Assembly: GCA_964035545.1 (NCBI GenBank)
Contig: OZ037771.1
Location: 11,908,480 to 11,972,479 of the forward strand
Direction of reading: 5' to 3'
DNA length: 64,000 nt
Source of the DNA: Bugula neritina
Taxonomy: Eukaryota > Animalia > Bryozoa
The notes under the pieces were generated by a model. The model saw only the letters and a program-made list of their open reading frames with translations. It searched no databases and was not told the origin of the DNA. Position numbers and translations under genes: made by a program. This document shows positions 1 through 11,363 of this stretch, in pieces (the first letter of the stretch is position 1; the number at the start of each line of letters is the position of its first letter).

Positions 1-8
1 CTTCAATT

Positions 9-869
9 TTACAAATATACACTTAGCACAGTTTTCATTATAAAGCACCTTACATGTTAGTCACTTTATACTTAAAATATTGTTCGCCAATTCATGTCAT
101 AAAAAATTGAGAAGTTATTTATAATTCCATGCAGCATGTTGGCTCTAACGACTATAAGATTTAGCCTAGAGTGTGTTAAAACACAGATAGAATGAAGATG
201 ATTCAAACCACCGCCTGCTGGTAGGGGGGTGTATTATATGTGGTTGTTGGAATGCTTGAAGAAAAAACAGAATCTTTGAGCGATTAATAAACACAGCTTG
301 CAAACTGTTCACCTGTATTATATAGAGCAATAATGAGCTGTTACAGGCTTACAGCCAGAAGTGTTTTATTAAGATAATGTGAATAAAATGTTTCTAACTT
401 CCCAAAACATATTTTGCAAAATTCGAAATTAATTTCTGCTTTTAGCCAGATATAAGTTATAGTTATAAAGTTATTAGGCCTATAACTCTTTTCATAAGAA
501 CTGTTCGGAATATAATTACTGGTGATTATTGCGTTGTTTTTTTTAGACTCAACCCAAGCTTTTTGAACTCGCGGGTAGGTGAAACGCTCTGATTAAAACA
601 CGTTAAGAACGAGATACAAGACTGGTTAGTTAACGTGCAATAGAATTATCCATAAGCAGTTTTTAGTTAAGGGTGATTTAGTGCAGTAGTTTAAAGTCAC
701 AAGTTTAAAGTTGGAGCTCAATCTGAACCCTTCACTGCAGTTGACAGAATTCTTAACAACTGTAATCAATCACCCCTAACTTTGAGCTATTTTTAAAAAG
801 ATTTTACATTATTGGCTCCAAGTTCAATACCAACTAGTAACTTGGCCTTGAGAAGAGTTAGGAAGTATA
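9..869 (+). repeat. Interspersed repeat or local duplication, copy 1 (second copy at about 33171-33998)
   Basis: Colinear similarity over about 850 bp with 33171-33998. Shared blocks include GTATTATATGTGGTTGTTGGAATGCTTGAA and TCGCGGGTAGGTGAAACGC. Many substitutions and indels. No ORF. Confidence 0.8.
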
Positions 870-1169
870 TTATTCGGTTTTTGTAAACTGCGTAAACGTA
901 AATACGAAAAAAATTGGCGGAAATGTAAACAGGAGAAAACAAATCAGAAAAACTCCTAACGACTACTTTTAAACATAAAATCCGGTTTCGCGAGTGTGGT
1001 CTAATCAAGAAACATCCAAGTCGTCGGCGCACAAAATGTTCAGTTACACAACTAGTTTTTATTATGGTGTTGACAATTAAGTTTTTACCTGCTAATAATT
1101 ACCTTGTAAACTACAAAACCGAGCCCAATAATTGTTATTCTTGTAGTTGCATAGATACCAAAACCTTCG

Positions 1170-3313
1170 ATGTTTTTACCATATAAGGGGGAACACGGCG
1201 AGTTGGCGGACGGGTCGTGTATTCCTTTTTATGGCAAGATAGGAAAGAAAGTAAGCCGACAGGTGCAAGACCTTCTGAACCGAGACCTGATTGAGCCAGC
1301 CCATGTTGCTTGGAGCTCTTCAGTTGTCCTGGTTCGGAAAAAGGATGGGAGCTGGAGGTTTTGCATGGATTATCGCAAACTGAACAGCGTGACCATCCAG
1401 AACTCTTACTCTCTTTCTAGGATCGATGAGTCGCTAGATGTCTTAGCTGGTAGCAAGTTCTTCAGTATGCTGGACTTGTTAAGAGGGTATTGGCAGGTGC
1501 CCCTGAGTCCTGATGCATAGGACAAGGCCGCGTTTATTACGCGGGATGGGCTCTGGAAGTGGAAGGTACTGCCATCCGGACTTAAGTCTGCTCTGGCCGC
1601 CTTCCAGCGACTCATGGAGCAGGTCCTGAGTAGGTTACACTGGAAGACTTTGCTCATCTATATCCATGATGTCATTGTCATCTCCCCCGACTTCGACACT
1701 CACGTCAGTCAGCTCAGTAAGGTGTTTGACAGCTTTCGAGTTGCTGGTCTGCGGCTTAAGCCCTCTAAGTGTGCGTTACTGCAACAAGAGGTTAAGTACC
1801 TGGGCTATGTAATTGGTCGAGACTGGGTCGCCACCGACCCCAAGAAGGTACGGGCTGCGAGGGGCTGGGTCGTCCCTGTCAATCTCCCTGAATTGCGGGC
1901 ATTCCTGGGGCCGGTAAGATACTATCGTCAGTACATACTGGACTTTGTAAGAATTGCGCAGCCACTAAACCGACTGACAGCAAAGGGGGTGCGATGGCAG
2001 TGGACGCATGCAGAACAGCAGGCATTTGACCACCTCAAGGATTGCTTGGTGGGAGGCGCCCATCTTGGCGTACCCTGATCCGGCGAGGCATTACATTTTG
2101 AATACTGATGCCAGTAACCACAATGTGGGGGCTGTGCTGTCTCAGGTCCAAGATGGTCGCGAGGTGGTGATAGCTTACTACAGTAAGGCTCCGTCGGCGC
2201 CTGAGAAAAACTACTGTACAACTAGGAGAAAGCTTCTGGCAGTAGTCAAGGCGGTGAAACACTCTAGACCGTATCTGTACGGGCGTGCGTTCAGATTACA
2301 AACAGACCGCGCGTCCTTGATATGGCTGTGTCAACAGGCTGAACCATCTAGCCAAGTAGCGCGCTGGCTTGAAATCCTGGCAGAGTTTTTGTACCGGATC
2401 AAACACCAACCCAGTAAGAAACACGGTAATGCTGACGGATTAAGCTGCCGCCAAGCAGATGGATGTAAGCAATACCTAAATATCGAGCGCAGGGATGGTG
2501 GATCCCCTCGCTCAGACGTAAAAAAACAGGTGGGGAAAGCAGGTACATACAGCTGGAAGGAAGGACAACTCCGATCCGAACCCCTAATAAAGCTGGTAAC
2601 AACCTTCATGCAAACCCCACGCTGCTCAGGAACGTCAAGGAGCTGTGTCGGCTCCAAGCTACACTACCAGGGATAGTAGCTGACCTAGTCCGGGCCAAGA
2701 AGGAGGGACGGCGGCCTAGTGAGGCCGAACAGCGGGTTAAGTGTGCAGAGTTTAAATATTTCTGCGACCGCTGGGACTCCCTCCGGTTTAATGGCGATGG
2801 GTTGTTAACAATAACGTTGCCAACCGGTACAAATCACCGAGAACGAGAGAGGGTAGTCTGTCCATTTGCTCTGCGGCGAGAGTTGATCTAAGACACCCAT
2901 AAGCAAGCTCATGCAAGAGCCGAGCAGGTGACTCGGTGTCTTCAACTTCAGTGGTATTGGCCCGGTATGACCCAGGATGTCCGACTCTGGGTGCGGAAGT
3001 GCGAGATATGCCAAGCTAGCAAGCATGGCCGCTCCACTGAGACCGCAGGAAGGCACCGCCTCCTTGCCGGTCATCCGTGGCAGGTAGTTTCTGTACGTCT
3101 GGTAGGCCCCATGCTCACGACAGTGAGAGGTAATAACTGGATACTGGTGACACAACTGTGAGTTGCGGGCCCCAGTTGGCGTGTACAATTATGTCAACTG
3201 GGGGGGGGGGGACAACAAGGGCAAAGCCAGCCTACCGGGGGAGGGTTATTGCGTCACCCCTCCCACCGCGTGAAGCGCCCTTTTCCAATTGTAACTGTCA
3301 AAAGTGAGCACAC
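1170..3313 (+). mobile_element. Internally deleted, degenerate Gypsy fragment of the element A family (protease tail, RT, RNase H, integrase Zn domain, post-pol region)
   Basis: Broken ORFs give PYKGEHGELADGSCIPFYG, WRFCMDYRKLN, YIHDVIV, YILNTDAS, NYCTTRRKLLA and CEICQASKH, with stops and frameshifts. 3150-3313 matches the post-pol region of A (7620-7780, minus). No LTRs seen. Confidence 0.9.
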
Positions 3314-5354
3314 ACAATAAAATCTGATTTGTGTGTAATATTGTAAGAAAAATTCTGCCGATTGGCATTATATGATATTCCCATTAAGTTTCAGGTATCA
3401 ATTGGAGTTTCTGTGAGTGAATAGTGTGAAACAGCTGAAATCTTGCTGGAATCAAGTACATTACGTACTGAGGCAAGGGTAGCTTAAAAAACATGCTCAA
3501 ATAAAACACCATGGCCCTGAACACAATAGGCCAAATTAGGTCGACGAGGGAGGTTAATACATGCTGGAAACAATTGTAGCTTTTGAAACAGATCGTATCT
3601 AAATATAGCAGAATGGTCCTTACTTCACCCTAATCAGGTTAGTAATTTGCCCCAGGCTAAGTACAATATTCAGCATCCTGAAAAATTAATCTACAACTTT
3701 TTCTTTTAAATGTGGAAAGAATAGTCTTCCAACTTTACCAACTGCTTCAAGCAGGATTCCCTTTGCAGTTTTCTGGCTCGCTGGACCAGGTAATTGTTTG
3801 CTCCAAATTCTATGGCTGTTCTATCGATGGTCCTGCTTTTCATGCTAATGTCAATAACTGGACCTTTTCTAGTCACAAGGAAATTTCCGCTTCCTAGCTA
3901 TTCAAGGAACATATTAATTTGCTCTAATCTTTATGATTACTACGCTTCATACAACCATTTGTTGCTTCTGGGTGGAGTTCCTTTCCATCTATACCCAAAA
4001 CTGTGGCCACCTTCTTAGTAATGAGCTCCTCCACTTTTTTTAGTTTTCTTTTCCTATAGGTCACTTTACTGGATGGGCTAATTTTTGCAGCTTTCAAAGG
4101 AGAAGCTCCCAATCCTATCATTCCAGCGTTTAGTGTCTGTGCTTCCTTCTCAATTTCAAGAAATGCATCACTTTCAGTTTCCTTAGAGTGTTCTGAGAGA
4201 TCAGCATTTTTTTAGAGCAATTAATGCACAGTTTCTCTCAGTTTCTTCAGTTCAAAGGAGTAAAATTATACTAGAAGAGCCCTAAAAGTCAGCCCTTCCA
4301 GTAAAGTGAACTATGGGAAAAAACAGAATCAAGTGGATGAGGTTATTGCTAAGAAGGTTGCCACAGTCGCAAGTATAGAGGAACTCCACCCTAAAGCAAC
4401 AAATGCCTGTATAAAACCTAATAATCATAAAGATTTGAACATATTAATATGTTCCTTGAATAAGAAGGTGAAAGTTTCTTTGGGACCAAAGAAGATCCAG
4501 TTATTGACATTAATTGGCACCAGAAAGCTGGACCATTGGTAAGACATCCATAGAATTTGGAGTAAACAATTACTGTTGTGTTTTAAGTTAGAGAAATAAA
4601 TATTTATTATAGTAGCAGACTGAAAAAATAGCAACGTAAAAAAAGGTTATCTCATGAGTTATAAGTTGCCAGTACAAGTGTGAGATGCAAGTCTGGATAA
4701 GAGAAAAACTGCTGGGTCTTAATAGTAGTAAAAAAGTTAACTTTTGTGTATTAGCTATAATGAAAGTGGAAAAGCATAATATAGCTGAGATGATATGTGA
4801 AAAGCTATCATGTATTAGGGAAAAGTTTTCCCAGCTTATGTAAAAACTCAACAACTACCTTGCAAAGCAAGCCTGAAGACTGCAAAAGAAGTTCTGTCTG
4901 AACCAGATACTAAAGTTGGAAGACTATTGTTTCCAGTTATGAAAAAGACAGTTGTAAATTTTTTTCAAAACGATGAACATTAGACATGGCATGGGGCCAA
5001 TTACTTGATTCTTTAACCAGACCTGACCAAATTAGGGTGAGGTTAGGGCAATTCTGCTGTATTTAGGCACATCTGTTTCAAAAGCTACAATTATTTCCAG
5101 CATGTATTAAACACCACCCTCATCGAATTAATTAGGCCTATTGTGATCAGGGCTACAGTGTTATATTTGAGCATGTTTTTGAAGCAACTCTTGCCTCAGC
5201 TACCTAATGTACTTGATTCCAGCAATATTTCAGCTGTTTCACACCATTCACTCACAGAAATTACAATTGCTACCTGAAACTTAATGGGAATATCATATAA
5301 TGCCAATCGACAGAATTTGTCTTACAATATTACACAGAAATCAGATTTTATTGT
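3314..5354. repeat. Large imperfect inverted repeat (arms about 3314-4090 and 4280-5354) made of two decayed copies of a probable DNA-transposon fragment
   Basis: ACAATAAAATCTGATTTGTGTGTAATATTGTAAG at 3314 is the near reverse complement of the sequence ending at 5354, and similarity continues inward. ORFs 3924-4121(-) and 4306-4542(+) encode homologous peptides (KKVATV..ELHP.ATN.C.K..NHKD). The right arm has an extra segment at about 4575-4850. Confidence 0.8.
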
Positions 5355-5450
5355 AATCTTCAGTAGATTTACCATATATAGGAAACATATATGTTTCTAC
5401 TTATTATTTTGAACAATATGAATAATAAAAAATGTATGATCCCAACATAT

Positions 5451-6866
5451 TGTAGTGAATTTTGCCAGTTCACTATTATTATGTGTGGGTCAACTTAATC
5501 AAAGCCACTGCGACAGGTTGTTTACGATAAGATACTTTATTATTTACACAAATACAAGAAGGTTATTTACTGCTAGCATGAATAGAAAACGATTACATAA
5601 TTAGTGAGCTTTAATACACAACTACTCTAAATGAAGTCCCAAGCTGCTCTGCCGGCTAGCTACTCAGCGCACTGCAACTACGAGTAGCTAGCTCCACCTG
5701 CTATCAATTAGTGTGACTGTCCTGATTGGCTAGCGTTAGTGGTGCCACTGTCGACTGTAAGATATTCACCGGCTTTCCATGGACCGATCTCAGCGAGATC
5801 GATCCATGGAAAGACGTCAAAGATTGATCTCAGTCGATCTGAGCTGGTCGGTCTGTGGAGCTCGAACTCAGATCGATCTCATGTCAATAAGACCATGGAA
5901 AGACGCCAGATCGATCTGAGAAGTAGAAAAAGACTGCGCGCTATAATGCTGTCTGCTAATAAAAATGATAACTTATTGATAATTACTAAGCAAAGTATTA
6001 AATAATTATGATAGCCACCTTTTTAGATGCCAAAACTTTGACTTTCAGTACAATGATTAAGAAAACTCAATTATATGCAGTAGAAGGTTGAAAAAAATGG
6101 GAGAATTTAAATTGAATTTTAATGACTATTAAAACTTAGTTTCATTAGCTATTTTCTTTGTAATTTTAAGCCTAACAGTCCTGTAAGTTTATTAATAATC
6201 TGCAAGACAGCCATTAATTTTATATAAGCTGTCAAGCTAAAAAATTAAAATCAATTATTTTAAATTGGCCAAATTATCATACACTGAAAGCTTTGCTGCG
6301 TATAGTTTATAGCTGGGATTAAATTTTAGACTACGACCATCTTGTTTTCAACAGTAGTAGCTTTAATCACTCAAATAGGTGAACAAATTATACTTTTAAA
6401 GTATCCTTCACTTAAGAGGAGGCAACTTCGCGAGATCGATCTGACACTCTCATGGAAAAACGATCGATCTGAGCACATTTCTCAGATCGATCTCAGCGAG
6501 ATCGATCTGAGATCGGTACATGGAAAGCCCGTGATTGTCGGGTAACAGTCTACGCCGAGTCGTCTCTGTCGCTACTAATTAACTCCATCACCATAAGCAT
6601 AACACTAGCATCTGCTACTAAGCAGCTAACTGCCAGTGCAAACCATCTACGCCTCCTACAGTTGTTGATTCCATTTAACTAGTCTTGCCTTGTTTAACTG
6701 CGTGCATTAGTAGCTAGCAATAATTGTCCAGCAGATTGTACGCATTCGAATTGTCAGCTATTATGATAATTGATCTCCAGTACTTATAGCCATTATGCCA
6801 AGCGTATAGAGAGTAAGCCACAAAGAGTTATCCTTTCGATAATAACATAGTGTAAAATCTATTACA
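5451..6866 (-). repeat. 3' LTR of Gypsy A (about 645 bp plus the MITE insertion)
   Basis: Nearly identical to 16789-17433 (about 8 differences by eye) once 5767-6536 is removed. Confidence 0.95.
5767..6533. mobile_element. MITE (non-autonomous DNA transposon, probably PIF/Harbinger-related) inserted in the 3' LTR of A
   Basis: 27-bp TIRs CACCGGCTTTCCATGGACCGATCTCAG and CTGAGATCGGTACATGGAAAGCCCGTG (2 mismatches). The 3-bp TSD ATT is confirmed by the empty site GATATTGTCGGG in the 5' LTR. Subterminal GATCGATC repeats. Confidence 0.93.
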
Positions 6867-6878
6867 CTCTCCTCACCT
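6867..6878 (-). promoter_or_regulatory. Polypurine tract of Gypsy A
   Basis: Minus-strand AGGTGAGGAGAG directly abuts the TGTAAT start of the 3' LTR. Confidence 0.8.
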
Positions 6879-7078
6879 ATCGAAAGGTACACTCTCTAAC
6901 TAATACACAATTAAAAAAAAGAATATAACGCATGACAAAAAAAACAGTATAATATAAAATCAGTATCCTACTCGTTAGTCACAGGAGTTCCGACACACAC
7001 ACAATCTATTTACATCACCTCCACGAAGAATAAGTACCAGTTGCTACCAGTCAGAGGGGTATGGGGAAGTCGGGGTCG

Positions 7079-7555
7079 TCAGGTTTCTTTGCTAGTTGTA
7101 TGTAGTTTAGTCACTTCAGCAGCCACCTGTTCCTGTTCTTTGCAGAGACGAGCCATACGTCACTGTAGCTTCTTTACATCCGTCGACAGGAACTGGTCGA
7201 GGCTAGTGTGTCGGTTAATCGGGCCACGGGTACTTTTCTTCTTCTACGGTCGGAGAGGGGGGTGGCTGCGTGACAGTAGGATCTATTTTCTAGTTCCTCA
7301 ATCTTGCAGTCTCACCCGCAACAGAATGCCAGACTGTTGAAGGGGTTTGCACCTGTCAGTACGACACCTCGACCGAGTCTCGCAATCTACTAACCAGTGA
7401 TTAATAATAATCATGTGGCCGACCGCCCCACTCAAGTCGTCAGTGAATCACCTGACTTGGGAAACCAACTTTATCGTTATGATAAAGCGAGACTGATTTA
7501 GGCTACTAGCTTGAATTCTACTTAATTAATTGAATTATACTAGTAGACTTACCAT
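7079..7555 (-). pseudogene. Degenerate remnant of the accessory (ORF3) gene in Gypsy A
   Basis: Donor TATG|GTAAGT and acceptor TTAGTAG|ATTG define an intron at 7387-7552. Broken peptides LLRVRLQ and DVKKLQ*RMARLCKEQEQVAAEVTKL resemble the C-terminal half of the B accessory protein. Zinc fingers are absent. Confidence 0.5.
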
Positions 7556-7789
7556 AAGACAGCCCTGACTTTTAGTCTGCTGCCCACTTAGGCTACGTAG
7601 TACGCCAGCCTGCCAAGTACGTGCGTGCACGTTGGCAGTTGAATCAGAAAAGAACGCTTTTCGCAGTGAAAGTGATTGTATAATACCCCTTTCACTAGCG
7701 AGCTGACTTCGCTCTTTTCTTACCCCCGGTGGTGTTTTGTGTCACACCACTGGGGTAGGCAACTCACAATTGCGTCTCCTTATACCTTG

Positions 7790-10700
7790 AGTCAGGTCAG
7801 GTGTTTAATCTGCTACCGGTAACCATGTAACCGGTACTACCTGTTCCATGGGTCGGACTGTCGGCGACTAAACCGATACCCCCTAATGTCTTGACATTAG
7901 GGAGGGTGTACTGGACATCCATGTAGAACTAAAAATAACATCTACTAAAAATCTGAAAGACCATTCCAGTGGGTATCTGTGGCAGCCCTCAAGGGCGTGT
8001 ACAGACAAACGTGTATAACGGCCAGCCACTGCAGCAGGTTGTAAATGCTAGCATGTCTTGACCTGTTCTTGCCGCTAGATCCCATTTACACCCTGCCGAG
8101 AGAGAGAACATGGTAACGCGAAAGCCAAGTTCACTTAACCACTTCGCATGCAGTTTTATGGACTATGACAATGGAAACAGTATTTGATACCGGCACGAAC
8201 GTCGCCCGGGTTAACAAGGTTCGCGCTGGTCTGCTCCCGCTCCGGCAGCCAGTGAAAAGTCAGCTAGGACGCAATGAAAAGTTCAGAAAAGTTCTGAGAC
8301 TAGCAGAATGGAATGTTAGAACATTACTAGACCGGAATAATTCAAAAAGACCAGAGAGGCAGACAGCACTTGTTGCAAAAGAGCTGGGCCGATATGATAT
8401 CGACATTGCAGCTTTGTGTGAAACTCGGCTTGCCCTGAATGATAGCCTTGTTGATAATGGATACACATTCTTTTGGAGTGGAAAAGGCGAGGAAGAAAGA
8501 AGAGAATCAGGGGTGGGGTTTGCTATCAGGAATACAATTATGCCTTATCTAGAGCAAGAACCAACAGCAATAAGTGATAGAATTATAAGCATGAGACTTC
8601 CACTGAAAAAGAATCATTATGTGACAATAGTGAGTGCTTACGCTCCAACAATGACAAATACGGAAGAAAAAAAAGAGGAGTTTTACAATAAATTGAAAGA
8701 AACAGTAAAGAATATATCCATCACAGACAAACTGATTATAGCCGGTGACTTTAATGCAAGAGTAGGGTGTGAAGCTCAAAATTGGCCAGGCGTTATTGGT
8801 AATCAAGGAATTGGAAAATGTAACACAAATGGAGAGCTGCTACTGGCATTCTGTTCTGAATACCAGCTTGTTATCACGAACACAGTATTTAAGCACAGGC
8901 AGCATCATAAAGTCACCTGGATGCACCCACGTTCTCAGCATTGGCACCTCCTCGATTATGTGATTACAAGACGGAAAGACCAGAATGATGTGCTAGATAC
9001 TAGGGCAATGAGAGGTGCTGATTGCTCAACTGACCATACCATGATCAGGTCCAAGCTAGCATTTGCATTAAGGAAAGCAAAGCACAAGACAAGAGGGAAC
9101 TCCGCATGCAAACTCAATGTGGGGAAACTACAAAATCAGGATATGCTACAGGAGTTTCAGAAACAGATGGATAAGGCAATGGACTATAGAGATGATGATG
9201 GTGTAACCTTAGAAGAGAGATGGGGAAGGTTAAAGATCTCAGCCTTCAACACAGCTACCAAAGTCTTAGGTAGAGCAGAAAGAAAGCATCAAGATTGGTT
9301 TGATGACAATGATGCAAAGCTGAATGCATTACTTAATGAACGAAATAAGGCTAAAACAAAAGCACTACAGAGAAGAACAAGAAGTAGCACTGACCGATTA
9401 GCGCAAGCACGCAGCAAGCTGCAAAAATACACTCGAGAGAAAAAGTCTCAATGGTGGGAGGAAAAAGCAGAATCACTCCAACAGGCAGCTGATAAAAACA
9501 ACATGAAGGCATTTTACAATGGCCTTAGAGAAGTCTATGGGCCACAGAACAGGGGAATCGCCCAATTGCTGGACCAAAGTGGTAAAACAGTACTGACAGC
9601 AAAGAATGATACCTTAAAAAGGTTCGCCCAACATTTTGACCTGTTGCTGAATGTACCAGGGGAAGTGGATCAGGAAGCTCTCAATAGTCTCACAGATATG
9701 CCACCCAATTTAAGCCTAGATGATATGCCAAGTTTTGATGAGCTTCTGGATGCTATAGATGCAACCAAGGAGAATAAATCTCCTGGAGAATGTGGCAATC
9801 CAGCTGAGGTGTGGAAGTACGGTGGAATCAGGCTTAAAGAGAGACTATATGATCTGATTGCTTATATATGGAGTAATGAGAAGATGCCACAGAACTGGAA
9901 AAATGCGAACATTGTGCCCATTTTTAAAAAGGGTAGTAGGAAGGACTGTGGTAATTATAGAGGAATCTCGCTTTTGTCTATAGCTGGAAAGATTATGGCC
10001 CGTATCATCCTCAACAAAATCAATGTAAATATAACTCCAGGAATACTTCCAGAAACACAGTGTGGCTTTCGAAACAGCAGGAGCACCATTGATATGATAT
10101 TTAGCTTTCGCCAAATTCAAGAAAAATGTGCTGAACAAAACATGGAGCTGTATGCTGTATTTATAGACTTTACAAAAGCCTTTGATACAGTATCAAGAGA
10201 TGGCCTCTGGAGGGTACTGAAGAAGTTTGGCTTAACTGAGAAGGTCACCAACCTGATAAAAGCTCTTCATGCAGGCATGCAAGCCAAGGTAGTGCAAGGT
10301 AGAGATGCTTCAAATGAGTTTGCAGTAACCAATGGTGTCAAGCAGGGGTGTGTTCTTGCGCCAACACTATTTTCATTATACTTGACCGCTATGCTTGAGG
10401 TGGCATTTCAAAATGTAAATGAAGGGATTTATATTCAAACTCGACATGGGGCTGACCTCTTTGATGTGGCTCAGTTCAAGTCTAAGACCCGTACTACCAA
10501 ACACCTAGTCAGAGAGATGTTGTTTGCTGATGACAGTGCTTTGGTGACACATTGCGCTGCAGATATGCAGGTGCTAGTGAACAACTTTGCAAAAGCAGCG
10601 GCTCAGTTTAGCTTAAAAATCAACATAAAAAAGACAGAATGCATGTACCAGCCAATCAAACTCATCCACCCTCCACCTGAACCTGAAGTTGTCATGATAG

Positions 10701-11355
10701 ATCAAGAACCAGTTGTACTTGCCTCAGACTTTACTTATCTAGGAAGCACTGTTTCCTGTACGGCAAAAATAGATAAAGAGCTGCGGAACAGATTAGGCAA
10801 AGCAAGTGCGGCTTACGGTAAGCTGCAGCAGAGACTCTGGAACAACAGACATGTATCCATCAGGGTAAAGTGTAAAGTCTACAGAGCGGTGGTGCTCTCA
10901 AGCCTGCTGTATGGAGCAGAAACATGGACAATATACAGGACACAGGTGAAGAAGCTAAGCGCTTTCATGATGAGACAACTGAGAGACATAATGGCTGTAA
11001 AATGGTATAACAAAGTTACCAATGAAGAAATATTAAGACGTGCCAATTTGCCAAGCATGGCCGACATCCTTATAGAAAAGAACTTGAGATGGCTAGGCCA
11101 TGTGCACAGGATGGAACATAGCCGGCTACCAAGACAATTGCTCTACTCTCAGCTGAAAGAGGGTAAAAGAAATACAGGGCGACTTAGACTCAGACTTAAA
11201 GATGTTGCTAAGAGGAATATGAAATGGAGAGCAATAAACTTGAGTTCATGGCAGCAGACAGCTGACAACAGAGCTGCGTGGAGAGCTGCAACCAAATCTA
11301 AGCTTAATCCATAAAACAGTCATAGTCGTATCGACTGACTGCAAGAGAGAGAGAG
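7790..11355 (+). mobile_element. Full-length RTE-clade LINE inserted antisense into Gypsy A
   Basis: TSD ATACCTTG (7782-7789 and 11356-11363), about 375-nt 5' UTR, single ORF, short 3' UTR ending in (GA)n. Confidence 0.93.
8165..11314 (+). CDS. RTE ORF: APE endonuclease plus reverse transcriptase (1049 aa, uninterrupted)
   Basis: APE motifs WNVRTL, ALCETR, GDFNA, LLDYV and STDH. RT motifs QCGFR, FIDFTKAFD, GVKQGCVLAP and LFADD. RTE-type C-terminus RWLGHVHRM...RLP. Confidence 0.96.
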   Translation: MTMETVFDTGTNVARVNKVRAGLLPLRQPVKSQLGRNEKFRKVLRLAEWNVRTLLDRNNSKRPERQTALVAKELGRYDIDIAALCETRLALNDSLVDNGYTFFWSGKGEEERRESGVGFAIRNTIMPYLEQEPTAISDRIISMRLPLKKNHYVTIVSAYAPTMTNTEEKKEEFYNKLKETVKNISITDKLIIAGDFNARVGCEAQNWPGVIGNQGIGKCNTNGELLLAFCSEYQLVITNTVFKHRQHHKVTWMHPRSQHWHLLDYVITRRKDQNDVLDTRAMRGADCSTDHTMIRSKLAFALRKAKHKTRGNSACKLNVGKLQNQDMLQEFQKQMDKAMDYRDDDGVTLEERWGRLKISAFNTATKVLGRAERKHQDWFDDNDAKLNALLNERNKAKTKALQRRTRSSTDRLAQARSKLQKYTREKKSQWWEEKAESLQQAADKNNMKAFYNGLREVYGPQNRGIAQLLDQSGKTVLTAKNDTLKRFAQHFDLLLNVPGEVDQEALNSLTDMPPNLSLDDMPSFDELLDAIDATKENKSPGECGNPAEVWKYGGIRLKERLYDLIAYIWSNEKMPQNWKNANIVPIFKKGSRKDCGNYRGISLLSIAGKIMARIILNKINVNITPGILPETQCGFRNSRSTIDMIFSFRQIQEKCAEQNMELYAVFIDFTKAFDTVSRDGLWRVLKKFGLTEKVTNLIKALHAGMQAKVVQGRDASNEFAVTNGVKQGCVLAPTLFSLYLTAMLEVAFQNVNEGIYIQTRHGADLFDVAQFKSKTRTTKHLVREMLFADDSALVTHCAADMQVLVNNFAKAAAQFSLKINIKKTECMYQPIKLIHPPPEPEVVMIDQEPVVLASDFTYLGSTVSCTAKIDKELRNRLGKASAAYGKLQQRLWNNRHVSIRVKCKVYRAVVLSSLLYGAETWTIYRTQVKKLSAFMMRQLRDIMAVKWYNKVTNEEILRRANLPSMADILIEKNLRWLGHVHRMEHSRLPRQLLYSQLKEGKRNTGRLRLRLKDVAKRNMKWRAINLSSWQQTADNRAAWRAATKSKLNP

Positions 11356-11363
11356 ATACCTTG

